DNA from: Eledone cirrhosa
Lineage: Eukaryota
Assembly: GCA_964016885.1 (NCBI GenBank)
Contig: OZ024763.1
Location: 14,074,001-14,138,000, forward strand
DNA: 64,000 nt
Direction of reading: 5' to 3'
A program made the translations under genes and the position numbers. Below the pieces are notes generated by a model. That model saw nothing but the letters and a program-made list of their open reading frames with translations. It was not told the origin of the DNA and did not search any database. Shown here piece after piece: positions 24,859 through 36,949 of this stretch (position 1 is the first letter of the stretch; each line of letters begins with the position of its first letter).

Positions 24859-25262
24859 TTATAAATACTTATATACACACAAGCGTAAAACAGGTATACA
24901 TGCGTACGCTTATCTCCTCCAAAGTTGTAATTCTAAGTGTTTGTCCTTAGTTTAGTGAACTAATGTTGACATTTATATGGAATAGTGTACTAATATTTAA
25001 ATAGTCTTTATATTTTTATCCCGTCTCTCATAAATTTACAAAAGTTTCTCATCTTCCTTCACAAGACAGATCCCTAAAAAATGTTAGTGTCTCTGGGTTG
25101 CTTCAAGAGCCTCACCGTTTTTTTCGGATGTCGGTTGACCATGGCCCAAAATATTCTCAGGGGTATCACATTCATCTAGGGAAAAGAATGTTTTATTATT
25201 TCTATTCTATGTCTCCTTAAATAATTATAGTGTTTTCTGTTTTCTTCTCTGGGTTGCTTCAA

Positions 25263-26141
25263 GAGCAACAAGAGAGAGATGAGGGAAACAAACGAGAGAG
25301 AGAGAGTTGAGAGAAACAAGAGAGGGAGAGTGATGAGAGCAACAAGAGGGAGATTGATGAGAGAGAGTTGGGAGCAAAGAGAGACAGAGATGAGAGAAAC
25401 AACAGAGGGAGAGAATGTTGAGAGCAACGAGGGAGAGAGAGAGATGATAGAAACTAAAGAGAGAGAGATGAGAGAAACAAGAGTGAGATGAGAGCAACGG
25501 GAGAGAGGGAGGAGAGGTATGAGAGAAACGAGAGAGAGAGGTACGAGAGAGATGTGAGATGTGAGAAACGAGTGAGATGTGAGAAACGAGAGAGATCAGA
25601 GAGAAAGATGAGCAACAAGAGAGGACGTAGAAACAAGAGGAGGTAGAAACAAGAGAGAGAGGGGAGAGAAACAAGAGAGGGGAAAGTGTTGGGAGCAACG
25701 AGAGAGAGAGAGAGATGAAAGGGTGAGTTGAGGAGAGAAGGAACGATAAGAGGGGAGAGAGGGACAGAGGGAGAGAAGAGAGAAGAGAAAGATGACGCGA
25801 GAGATGAGGAGAGAGAGAGGAGAGAAACAGGAAACAGAGAGGGGAGAGACGAGAGAGAAACAAGGATGGAGAGAGGAATGAGACGAGAGAGAAACAAGGA
25901 TGGAGAGAGGAATGAAACAAGAGAGGGGAGAGAGGAGGAGGGAGGAGGAGGGAGAGGAGAGAAACAGAAACAAGAGCGAGAGAAACAAGAGAGAAGGGGA
26001 GAGAAACAAGAGGAGAGACGAGAGAGAAATAAAGAGAGGAGGGAGAGACCGGGGAGAGGGAGAGAGAGAGGTGAGAGGAGGGAGAGAGGTGAGAGAGGAG
26101 GGAGAGAGGGGAGAGGGGAGAGAAATAAGAGAAAGAAGAAA
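25263..26141. repeat. GA-rich polypurine low-complexity tract (GAGAAACAAGA type)
   Basis: Direct inspection. Confidence 0.95.
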
Positions 26142-26175
26142 AGAGCTGAGAAATAGAAAAACATGTAAGACTTAC

Positions 26176-26248
26176 CTATTTGTGATGTCAAATAAAGTTT
26201 GACAGTACTTTTAGATTTTACAATTATAGGAATGACTCGACATGGTAA
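26176..26248 (-). CDS. Internal exon B (73 nt) of an unidentified gene fragment, copy 1
   Basis: TTTTCTATCTTGTGTAG| ... AG|GTAAGT; phase-0 open frame LPCRVIPIIVKSKSTVKLYLTSQI; phase matches exon A. Confidence 0.6.
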
Positions 26249-26278
26249 CTACACAAGATAGAAAATATACAGAAAGTA

Positions 26279-26421
26279 ATATAATTGTTTCTACTTTTGG
26301 CACAAGTCCAGCAATTACCCAGCGTATTACTGGTAATTTATTTTATCGACCCCGTAAGGATGAAAGACAGTTAACCTCGGCCGGATTTGAACTCAGAATG
26401 GAAAGGGGCGTAATTCTATGC
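26279..26421 (-). mobile_element. Nin-type SINE, 5' truncated
   Basis: Reverse-complement Nin core; paralog at 51001-51157. Confidence 0.8.
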
Positions 26422-27002
26422 TTCAAAGTGTGGTGATGTGTGTTGTGTGGTGTATAGAAGGTAATGTGCGTTGTGTAGAGTGTGGTGTGTAGAGTATAAT
26501 GTGTGGTGAGTAGAACATAATGTGTGGTCAGTGATGTGTATGGCGTGGTGTGAGCACATGGTGTGTGAGTACATGTGTGGAGTATGTGGTGTGTAACGAG
26601 GGTGTGGTGTAATTATGTGTATGTGTGAGTGTTTAATGTGCTGTGTTAATGAGTGGACTGGAGTAAAAAGGAGTCACACAATCTTTAAAAGACCCTAAAT
26701 TAACTTGCCCTAATTACTATATATACTCAATTATAAGCCAATCCCTTTCTTATTTGAGAAATAGGACAGAATCCAAACCCCATTTATAAGCCATGGTGGC
26801 TAATCAACAGACGACAGTTTTGAAATTCTCATGAGTGGAGAATATATTTATGAAGTTTTAATATTTTGATATTTAAAATGTTTTAAGTGTCATTTAGAGT
26901 ATAGTTTTTATTTCACTTCTTTATGTAATGAGTTACCATTTTCTGATTGATTTCAAGGTCATATTCATTAAAAACCTCAAATATAATAGCAAATATAAAT
27001 TT

Positions 27003-27242
27003 CCCCTCCAAAGTGAAACTGGTGTAATATATTCCCCTGCAAAGTGAAACTGGTGTAATATTCACCTCCAAAGTGAAACTGGTGTAATATTCCAAAGTGA
27101 AACTGGTGTAATATATCCACCTCCAAAGTGAAACTGGTGCAATATTCCAAAGTGAAACTGGTGTAATATATCCACCTCCAAAGTGTAAACTGGTGTAATA
27201 TTCCAAAGTGTAAACTGGTGTAACATTCATCTCCAAAGCGAA
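27003..27242. repeat. Minisatellite CCAAAGTGAAACTGGTGTAATATT(CACCT), ~10 units
   Basis: Direct inspection; lies in the intron between exons A and B. Confidence 0.95.
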
Positions 27243-27755
27243 AATATTTTAGCACCTCATTTACATATAATTTTTAAGTTGGTGAAATCAAAATATTGAC
27301 CTCGAAGACAAGTCCTCCCCCCTATTTTACCATCAATATGTTGTCACATTTCTCAACATATATACAAGTATATACAATATTTACTTTACATAAATAGCAA
27401 ATCTTTTGATAATTTATGTAAACAGAATTATCCGAAACTAAATCTAATAAAATTTCTTTTAATTAAATTTAAGAAAAAAAATATAGTTTGAAAGAAAACT
27501 AGAGATCACTGCTCCGACCAAGGTGTAGGGGTCACTGATTTTGACCAAGGTGTAGGGGTCACGACATACAAAATAAACAGTACTCACTGTAAATGAGGTT
27601 AGCGTTTGGAAAGGCTTCCAGCTGTTAAAGCGAAGCCAAGATCAGTTCTGTATGAGCAAGACATGGTCACCTGACATTGCCCACGATAGGACAACTCGTC
27701 TAACCCATGCTAGCGTAGAAAAATGGACATTAAATGGTGATTATATATATATATA

Positions 27756-27844
<89 letters not shown>

Positions 27845-27956
27845 CCCAACTCTTGGAAGAGTCGCGGCGCCATAGAGATATAGAGTGTGCCTTGGGCATT
27901 TATAAACCTGATGGAGCCCATCTCTTCAGAGAGAGAGAACACATACGCATGTTTAA

Positions 27957-28172
27957 CCCTTTAGCATTTAAACCGGCCATATCTGGCCAGAATTCTCTCA
28001 CCTCTTTCTGTTCAAGCCGACCGTTCAAACCCACACATACTGATGTTAAGGTATTGTTTTCAAAGTAAATAATATCATCAAAATCTCAGATTCGATGTGA
28101 ATAATTATGTGAGATCAAGTCTTTACTGTGAAAATACAATAGTAGATATAGAGTAATGTGAATGCTAAAGGG
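27957..28172. mobile_element. piggyBac-like MITE
   Basis: TTAA|CCCTTTAGCATT ... AATGCTAAAGGG|TTAA; paralog at 56750-56968. Confidence 0.85.
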
Positions 28173-28228
28173 TTAAATACACACAAACATACATATACAC
28201 AGCCTTAATATAAACCAACAATACTTAC

Positions 28229-28414
28229 CATAGATATACAGTGTTGTTTACCATCTCCGGTCAGTTTAAACTGGAGATGGTAGACAGCCAGACCAATCTC
28301 AGAGATAATATTTACGTTTATGTTGACAGAGGGCAAATGGGTGGGTATTGGTGTGGTCAGCCAGAACAATGACGTCCCCTTCTTCTGTAAGGTTGACAGG
28401 ACGGGACTGGGTCA
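28229..28414 (-). CDS. Internal exon A (186 nt) of an unidentified gene fragment, copy 1; possibly pseudogenised
   Basis: TTTTAATTTTGTAG| ... ATG|GTAAGT; frame open for 61 codons (PSPVLSTLQKKG...GDGKQHCISM) after a first-codon TGA, implying an alternative CAG acceptor 8 nt in, or a frameshift. Confidence 0.55.
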
Positions 28415-28544
28415 CTACAAAATTAAAACAATATTTGTTATATGAACAGTATGTGTGTGTGTGTGAATAGGGGGGTAATTTTTTGTGTGGGGGTTAATTT
28501 AAAGAATATAGGGTTAACATCAACAATGTGGAGGTAATATGGCT

Positions 28545-28800
28545 AACATGAAGAGTGTGGTGTGTGTATGTGGGGGGGGGACATGAAGAGTGTGGTGGTG
28601 GGTGGGGGAAAACATGGCGAGAGTGGGGGGGGGGCAACATGAAGAGTGTGGTGGTGGGTGGGGGTAAACATGGCGAGAGTGTGGTGGGGGGCAAATATGG
28701 CGAGAGTGTGGTGGGGGGCAAACATGGCGAGTGTGTGATGGGGGGACAAACATGGCGAGAGTGTGTGTGTGGGGGGGCTAACATGGAGATAGTGTGGGGG
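28545..28800. repeat. G-rich ~27 bp minisatellite (AACATGGCGAGAGTGTG...GGGGG)
   Basis: Direct inspection; paralog at ~57345-57620. Confidence 0.85.
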
Positions 28801-28873
28801 CTTTTGAGCAGGAGGGGATATCAGTATGCGCGTAGTTGTAGAAGGGTAACGTGTGTGTGTGTGTGTGTGTAGA

Positions 28874-29100
28874 AGCACGTAGCCTAGTGGTAAGTGTTGG
28901 ACTTACAATCATAACATCGTGGGTTCGATTGCTGGGTTCTGTGTTGTGTTCTTGAGCAAAACACTTCGTTCACGTTGCTCCAGTAAACTCAGCTGAAAAT
29001 GAGTACCAGCAATAGATGGGGGCTTTAACCCTGCGATGGACTGGCGCCCTGTCCAGGGTGGAGTCTTGTACTCTCAGTCGCTTCACGCCATAATGCATGG
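28874..29100 (+). mobile_element. tRNA-SINE with CORE plus Meta/V-like domain
   Basis: TAGCCTAGTGG, GGTTCGATT, CTTGAGCAAAACACTT, CCCTGCGATGGACTGGCGCCCTGTCCAGGG; paralog at 57698-57925. Confidence 0.75.
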
Positions 29101-29224
29101 AAAATCAAAGTAGTCTAACTACAGAGGTACAACGTCAAACCACTCTAGCCCATTACTATAAAAAGTTATTTCAAAAATAAATAGATGATAAATAGAAAAA
29201 GAGAAATGGGGAATACATATACAT

Positions 29225-29265
<41 letters not shown>

Positions 29266-29336
29266 TGAGTTTTATTATTTCTGGAAATATAATATCCCCC
29301 ACCCCTATATATATATATATATAAATAAATATATAT

Positions 29337-30108
29337 CGGGGTGGGGGATATTATAATATTGCCAGAAATAATAAAACTCACTTTTTGGTTTGGGTTGGAT
29401 TTCACTTCCATATATTTTATATCTATCCCTATAGTTAATTTAACTAGCAATCAATGTTTTATTGATTGACCAACAGTTATATATATATATCTAGTCTCCC
29501 AGAGTTCTTTCGTCACACACCTGTGACATCAGTGATACTATTGTTTCTTCCTGTTGTATTGTAATGATGGTACAACAACCAATCAAAGCCATAAGAAAGA
29601 TTAAAGTGGTAGAAAAGCCAGGATCTACTATAAAATCCCTGATCAGTAAACCTTAACCCTTTAAGAAAACCCAAATTAGGGAAGCAACTGAAATAGAACC
29701 AAGAAAACCGAAGTAGAACAGAAAACTTGAATGGAACAACAACAACCATACAAATACACACTAATGACCAAAGATAGAATACAAACACGAACACATACCA
29801 AACAGAAAACGCGCATAGAAACACATTCGGAAATCGAGACAAATAAATAAACAATTGAATAAGTAAACATTACAATACAACGGGAGGAAACAATAATATC
29901 ACTGATGATGTTACAAGTGTGTGATGAAAGAACTCAGACTATAAATAAATATATATATATATATAAACAGTTGGTCAATCAATGATAAACATTGATTGCC
30001 ATCTAAATTAACTATTGGGATGTAGAATATACGGAAGCCAAAACCAACCCAACCCATACTGTTTTATTATATATTTCTGGCAATACTATAACAATATGAC
30101 CCTCCCCA
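29337..30108 (+). mobile_element. Penelope-like element remnant with inverted pseudo-LTRs
   Basis: ~230-bp inverted arms (29337-29566 / 29869-30108), hammerhead-like CTGATGA-T-GTTACA..TGTGAT-GAAA at 29902-29929, spacer reading KIKVVEKPGSTIKSLISKP*PF; paralog at ~58400-59143. Confidence 0.6.
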
Positions 30109-30329
30109 AATATAATTTGTTTCGACATATGATTTCATATAAAAAAACGTTGCAAACAAATTTGTTCGGATCTAGCTGTCGAAACATCTAGCTTCTGTGT
30201 TTTTTTTCTTTTGTTTTTCCTTCCCCTTTTCTTTATATTATAATATATTATATTATATACTTGTTTGTGCTTTCGTTCTGTAAATATTGTATTATATTTC
30301 TTTTTATAAGAAATATAATATAATTTTAA

Positions 30330-30519
30330 GGGGAGCAGATTGGCAGTATCAGTAGAGAGTCGGACACCATGCTTTGCAGCATAGAGTCACGGCCCTTTAC
30401 GCTCTGAGTTCAAATCCCGCTGAGGTTAACTTTACCTTTCATCCTTACGGGGTCGATAAAATAAAGTACCAGTAATGCACTGGGATAATTGCTGGCCTTG
30501 TGCCAAAAGTAGAAACAAT
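30330..30519 (+). mobile_element. Nin-type SINE
   Basis: A/B boxes and Nin core; paralog at 59351-59541. Confidence 0.85.
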
Positions 30520-31682
30520 GGTATTTCTTTTTATACAAAATAAAATTTAAATCATCTATTATACAATAAAAATATTGCAAATGAGAGGTGTCATTTACCT
30601 TTAATCTCATCTCTTCCCATTAGATCTATATTTTACTTCTGGAATACTGTATTAACATTTATATTTTCATGTCTATATTATTAAGTATTAAGGTTGTTAT
30701 ATAATATTTAGAATATAGTCTATAGACAAGGGGAGGTAGGGAAGGGATAATTATTTAAACACTGATCTCTCAACTCCATCTTTATTTACCTGGGCGATTT
30801 CATATATACGTACACATATATCTTCATTAAATAATAACCCTTCTTTAATATTTAACTCTGCACCTTAAGCATTGAGCACACCTCGCTTCGGCTATTGGCG
30901 TCTAGTATACTGTACCACACTTTTTTGTCTCCTCTTTTCTTATGATACATATCTTCTCTTTAATATATATATATATATATATATGCACACATACATGCAT
31001 AAACACTTCTATGCAAATACTCATACATATATATTAAAAACACATATATACCAGCATAATAACGATTGACAAACCATTAGGACACATGCTTGCTCGTGTG
31101 AAAACCGAACTTGCTACTCTACGTACACTGACGGAAACAGATATGTACATAAACACACAAGCAGAACTGGTAGGACTTATATAGGTACATCAAAGATTTT
31201 GTTCCACTATTGAACCATTCGAGGTAATTAGAACGAAGTAGCAGTGTAGTACTGGGGTCAATTCTTGTTCTATATCTTTCTTAATTCCTTTCTCTCACTC
31301 TATATCCGTCTCAGGAAAACATAACCTATCTGGGGTAGAGATCGGATCTGTCACCTTATACAAAATGCCCCGAACACCCCGAATGTCAATGTGGGACCTC
31401 TACAACTCCCTCACAAGTTATAGGTCCCTACATACATACATACATAGAAACATCAGAGATATCTTTTATATCTTTCACTCGATAATGCTAGACAAGTATT
31501 CCGTGAGTCAGAAAGGAATATTTGCGATATGACGGGAGAACCTCTCTGAATAAATATTAGATAGTTCAGATGCTACGTAAAGCAGGCGGCGACAACATCG
31601 AAGACCAGAGATGCCATGTGGAAATGGACATCGACATAACACACATAGGGTTACCTTATAATCATAGACATTTGGGCTTATG

Positions 31683-31852
<170 letters not shown>

Positions 31853-32106
31853 AATATATACGGGTGTACAGGGTATACATGTCGCCACTAAGGATTCCGC
31901 CAGATGTCCCGTCACACATCTCTACACCTTCCATTAAATGTTGATTAGTAAATATATAGTAAGTATATCTCACATGTAAGAGGGAAAGCCATAGCAAGTG
32001 TTGAGGATAAGAGACGTGTGGAATTAATAATAAAAATATTGTTAAAATTATTAATAGTAGTAGTTTTCACAATAAAGTGGGGAGGACAACATTATTATAA
32101 ATACTT

Positions 32107-32378
32107 ATAATTGTTTCTACTTTAGGCACAAGGCCAGCAATTACCCAGTACATTACTGGTACTTTATTTTATCGACCCCGTCAGGATGAAAGGCGTTATT
32201 TAGAGGGCGGTGGATTGGCAGTATCAGTAGAGGGTCGGATGCCATGCTTTGACGTATAGAGTTACGGCCCTTGCCATTCTGAGTTCAAATCCCGCCGAGG
32301 TTAACTTTGCCTTTCATCCTTACAGGGTCGATAAAATAAAGTAATTGCTGGCCTTGTGCCAAACGTAGAAACAATTAT
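32107..32378. mobile_element. Inverted Nin-SINE pair (3' half on minus, full copy on plus) inside one TSD
   Basis: Direct repeat ATTATTATAAATACTTATA on both sides; empty site at ~21528-21546 and ~38328; paralog at 61026-61316. Confidence 0.8.
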
Positions 32379-32859
32379 TATAAATACTTATATACACACA
32401 AGCTTAAACAGGTATACATACGTACGCTTATCTAGACTCGTACGTACATAAACGTTTATAAATAAAAGCCGAAGCTGATAAAAAGAACATAGCTTACCAT
32501 ATCGAATTTGGAAGGATGCACATAACGTTGCTTCAACATGGTCCCATCATCATTTGCTGATACGATTATTGTATACGCAACACAAGTTTAAAGGGCTATC
32601 TGTTTAGAAACCATCAAGCCAGGCTACCATCTATACACTGAGGTATGACAGTTGAAGGACATCAGGTGGTTGTAGCATCAAATCAAACCTAAAGAGATAA
32701 AAATAGAAGTCATGATATATTTTCTGAAAACTACAGAATAGTAAAAGACATGTCGACACCTTTGCGGTATTAATAAGACTGAGAAAGGTATGAACGCCAC
32801 CACGTCAATTAAGCTTCGAAAATAGAAAGTAGGTTTATATATATATTAATTTTTATTTT

Positions 32860-34090
32860 CTTCCCCAATTCTGTATTTTGAAGTGCTTTCATTATTTTAA
32901 ATATTTCTATCATGTCACTCGTTTGATTAATCTCCTCCAAAGTTGTAATTCAAAGTGTTTGTCCTTGGTATAATGAACTAATGTTGATATTTTCAAGTCT
33001 TGACATTTATATGGAATAGTGTACTAATATTTAAATAGTCTTTATATTTTTATCCTGCTCCCCTAAGATTTATCTCCTCTAACTTTACAAAAGCTTCACA
33101 TTTCTTTCACAAGATAGATCCTTAAATAATTATAGTGTTTTCTGTTTTCTTCTTCTGTGGGTTGCTTCAAGAGCCTCACCGTTTTTTCGGATGTCGATTG
33201 ACCATGGCCCGAAACAATTTTCTCAGTGGTATCATACATATTCATCTAGAGTTTTAGATTTTTCAGCATTTAGCTAGGGAACAGAATGTTTTATTATTTC
33301 TATTATCCGTCTCCCTGTTTTGCTTCAACATGGTTAGCCATCTTTCAATTCATATTCATACATATTCACAATTCTTCTGTGAGGGGTATGAGAAGCTCGT
33401 TTTTTGCTCCACATTCGATACCAAATCATGCTTCCTTTTTATAATTTCGTTGTATGAATATAATAATTAAAGTATATATATATATAAGCCATGTATATAT
33501 ATATAGCTGCTTATTAACTCTTTCCCGAAACATTTATTTCTTCAAAATAAGGTAAGACATATCCCGAAAAATATTGTAAGGTGTCTCAATAATTATTCCA
33601 TTTCAATCAATTTCTCATTTCAGTTTTCTTTAGAAATATCTTGGCGTTGAAGATTTGTCCTTCTCATAGTAATTAGCTTGTCTCAAAATTGTTCGCAGTG
33701 TTTCCATGTTTAGTGTCACAAACTATCGTTAATTCAAGATTTTGCTCTAATGTAATAAATGTTACTTTTAAAAGAGTGAAGCTCTCAATTTTTTCTTTCA
33801 CTTGTATATTGATATCTAATGAATGACAAATGTACGTGTTATGTGATAGGAGAAAAAACACACAGCCTTCTTCCCTCGCTATAAAAGGCTAACTGAAAAT
33901 CTCGTTCGTAGGAGTGACAAGTAGTCGACAACTGAGCATCACCTGTTACTGCCTTTTATATACCATGTTAACTGGAAAGACTTACCAAGTATGGATACAC
34001 TCTCTCCTTATCAATATTGTCCGAGTCCGAGGACATTTTCTCTCTGGTTAAGGAGTGAGAAGAAATATTAGGGATCAATCTCTAGCAATA
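32860..34090 (-). mobile_element. Ancient CR1/L2-like LINE remnant in unit copy II
   Basis: Minus: WSIDIRKNGEALEATHRR; ITTLEEINQTSDMIEIFKIMK, compare the WSP...LExVQRRA and TLEERR..GDMIEVFKI motifs. Confidence 0.65.
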
Positions 34091-34552
34091 ATTTAATTAA
34101 ATTATATTTAACCAAAGTCGTGGTTGTTGTTATATTTTATAGTCGTGGTTTCAATGTTTATCAGGGGTTGTAGAATTAGTTTTATCAAATTATTATCAAA
34201 CAAAAATGATGTATATATTGTCGTTGTACGTTGAAATCACATATATAGATTTATATACACACCAAGGATGGAGGGAAGACGGAATTGAAAACCATTATTG
34301 CTGAGCACAACATTGCAGGATCAAATATAACACACACACACACATATATATATATAATCAGGTATGACCATTGATGAATGTCCCTGCAGATCATCAGGTT
34401 GTAGGATGAAATCAACCCTAGAGAAATGATAAATTATATGAAGGTATATTTTATGGAAGCTCGAGAAGAATAAAAATGAAAGTGAACCATTTTGAATTGT
34501 TAATAGCATTGGGAAAGACATGGAGGCCACTACATCAATTTTTCTTTTAAAT

Positions 34553-35165
34553 AGAAAGTAGGTTTATAAATTTTAATTTTGATTGTATTTTTGTAGTTGT
34601 CTCGGTAGTCTATTGGTAGGTGTTGGGACAGTGGTGATGCTGGTCTGGGGTTCAATCTCAGTCAGGAATCGCTAGAGAAATTAAATTTTTTTTTTATTTT
34701 CATAAAATGAACGAAAAATAGAGGTTGCAGTAATCTGACTGAGATCGAACCCCAGCCCAGCATCTCCATCACCTCTAATACTTACCACTAGTCTACGGAC
34801 ACGGTTATAAAAACTTACTGAAAATTAATATTTATAAACCTACTTTTTCAATTTTTTATAAAAACAAAATTTCTGTACAAGGTTTTCATGTGCACCTGAC
34901 AGAGATCGAAACCCTAATCAATATCACCACTGTCTCTAATGTCTACCACTAGACCACTGAGACGGTTACGAAATCGTAGTGAAAATTAATATTTATGAAC
35001 TTACTTTTTAATGGTTTTTTTTATTTTAGAAGTGGTAAACTAAAAATACCCATAATGTAGAACCAGATAGAGATTGAACCCTAGACCAGGATTTCACCGT
35101 TTCTAATACATATCACTGGGCCAGAGAGAATGTACGAATTCGTAGTGAAAATTAATATTTATAAA
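34553..35165. repeat. Array of tRNA-like (Pol III A/B box) units, one forward and three reverse
   Basis: TAGTCTATTGGTAGG...GGGGTTCAATCTC forward; GATCGAACCCC, GATCGAAACCC and GATTGAACCC reverse at ~160-170 bp spacing; paralogs at 41600-41810 and 63450-63895. Confidence 0.55.
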
Positions 35166-36885
35166 ACTTCATTTTGTTCGGAAGTAATTCAAATAAATTA
35201 TTGTTTCTGACGATCCCGTAACAAGTTGAAAGCAGCGATTCTTTGCTTAAACTTTAATTTGTACTCATAATAAATAAATAAACATGTATTTATGTGTGTA
35301 TGCATGTATATGCGTTGCTTTGATGCTATTTCTAGCATATTTATTGTTGTTTTTTTATGAAAAATACAGAAACCGGAAGTGAAAAGATTGAAAATCTTTG
35401 GTCAAAATTCAGGCGAACTTTTTTAAACAAAAGGATTTTTTTTGTAAACAAACTTGAAATTTTTGCCAAGAAACATAACTCTTGCCTGACTTAAACGCAA
35501 AAATTGATGCAAAAACTTTGCGTGCGTGCAAATTATAGGGACTGTAGGAATTCGTTTTGAAAATTAATCTTTATAAAACTACATTTTGTTCGGTTGAAAA
35601 CTCGATGTAGTGGCGTTCGTGGCTTTTTCGGGACGTCCTTGAATTCATAAAGTAAATCTAGACTTTATTTCTCATTGCTCTAGGCTTGATTTGAACCTAC
35701 AACAACTCTGTCTGCAATAATGTCATACCTCATTCCAGCTTAGTACGTCGTAGCCGTAAATTGTTAAACGTCGTTCCTATATATACATGCAAGTAAGATT
35801 TGAACCTACAATGCTGTGCTTAATTTCTATTAATAAGTGTGTTTTATAAAAGAAAGTAATGAAACAATTTAATGAAAGTAAAAAATTTATTTTATTCAGT
35901 CATGGTTTTATTTGTATTTTATGTATTCACTTCATTAACTGCTGAATAGTTCTCTTGTTTTTGTTTGTTCTTACCATTGTTTACTGTAAATGGTGACTTG
36001 ACGAGACTGGATTATTACCAAGTTTTACTGGATGATGACATTTCCTTATTGTATTATTTTGTTGCCAGTGGACATCTCTCTAAATACCTGGAATAAACAT
36101 ATGGTGTGTCTTTTACGTAACATTTCATTTAATATCTGATGTTCCAATGGATTACTTTTAAAATAAAACCAATAAACGTAACAGGTAGACTCCATCAAAA
36201 GAGACCACAGAGATGAGGTACGAATAATCTAAAATTAATTTTAAAAAAAAGACAAAGTTTGAAGAAAGACAAACATTAAAAAAGGATTTCCAACAAAGAC
36301 GTAAAGGCAAAGACAATCATATCCACAATTTAATATCTGAAGATCAACATTTTTCACGATATAATTAAAACTAAATATGTAAAGTTAAGTGACCTCTCAT
36401 TTATTTGCTCTAACTTATTTTACTAATCTGTATTCTGTAGACATATATTTTCGTTGGTGTACATTACGATTTCGTTGATGAAAGTTTTCACTCGTCTTTA
36501 GATCTTTATTTCTTATAAAAGTTATAATACTCACCTCCTCTCATTAGATCTCTATTTTACTTCTGGAATATTGTATTAACATTTATATTTTCATCTCGAT
36601 ATTATTAAGTATTAAGGTTGCCATGTATTACAATACAGTATATAAACAAGGGAATATGTGGAGGGGTAATCATTTAAAAACAGCTAACCCCACACTCTGT
36701 ATATTTAGATTACCCCAGGGTGTCCCATGGGCGATTTTTCATATATACATACACACATATATATACAAGTTATTGATTACAGAGTCGGGCTAGATCGATA
36801 CAGAACGAACCTTAAGCTGATGAATAGCGAAACGCGCGCCACGAACCAATAAACGTAATGAAGGTGTACCCATTCGTCCTTGTTT

Positions 36886-36949
<64 letters not shown>

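Larger units (their letters stand above)
19720..25262. repeat. Copies I and Ib of the old ~6 kb tandem unit
   Basis: Shared markers GTCAGAAAG(GAATATTTGCG) (20884, 31507, 37627, 43422, 60564) and CACGTCAATTAAGCTTCGAAAAT (21950, 23539, 32801, 38767, 61737). Confidence 0.85.

Noticed and set aside
28412-28414. TGA at the start of exon A as selenocysteine
   Set aside because: No SECIS seen; an alternative acceptor or frameshift is simpler
28874-28940. SINE heads as tRNA genes
   Set aside because: They continue into SINE core and tail and lack a proper acceptor stem
30876-30906. Helitron 3' end (CGCTTCG..CTAGT)
   Set aside because: No convincing GC hairpin or 5' TC end identified
36780-36890. 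CTGATGA..GAAACGCGCG element (related copy 10540-10645 on minus)
   Set aside because: No stem I or II pairing; only an unclassified dispersed repeat
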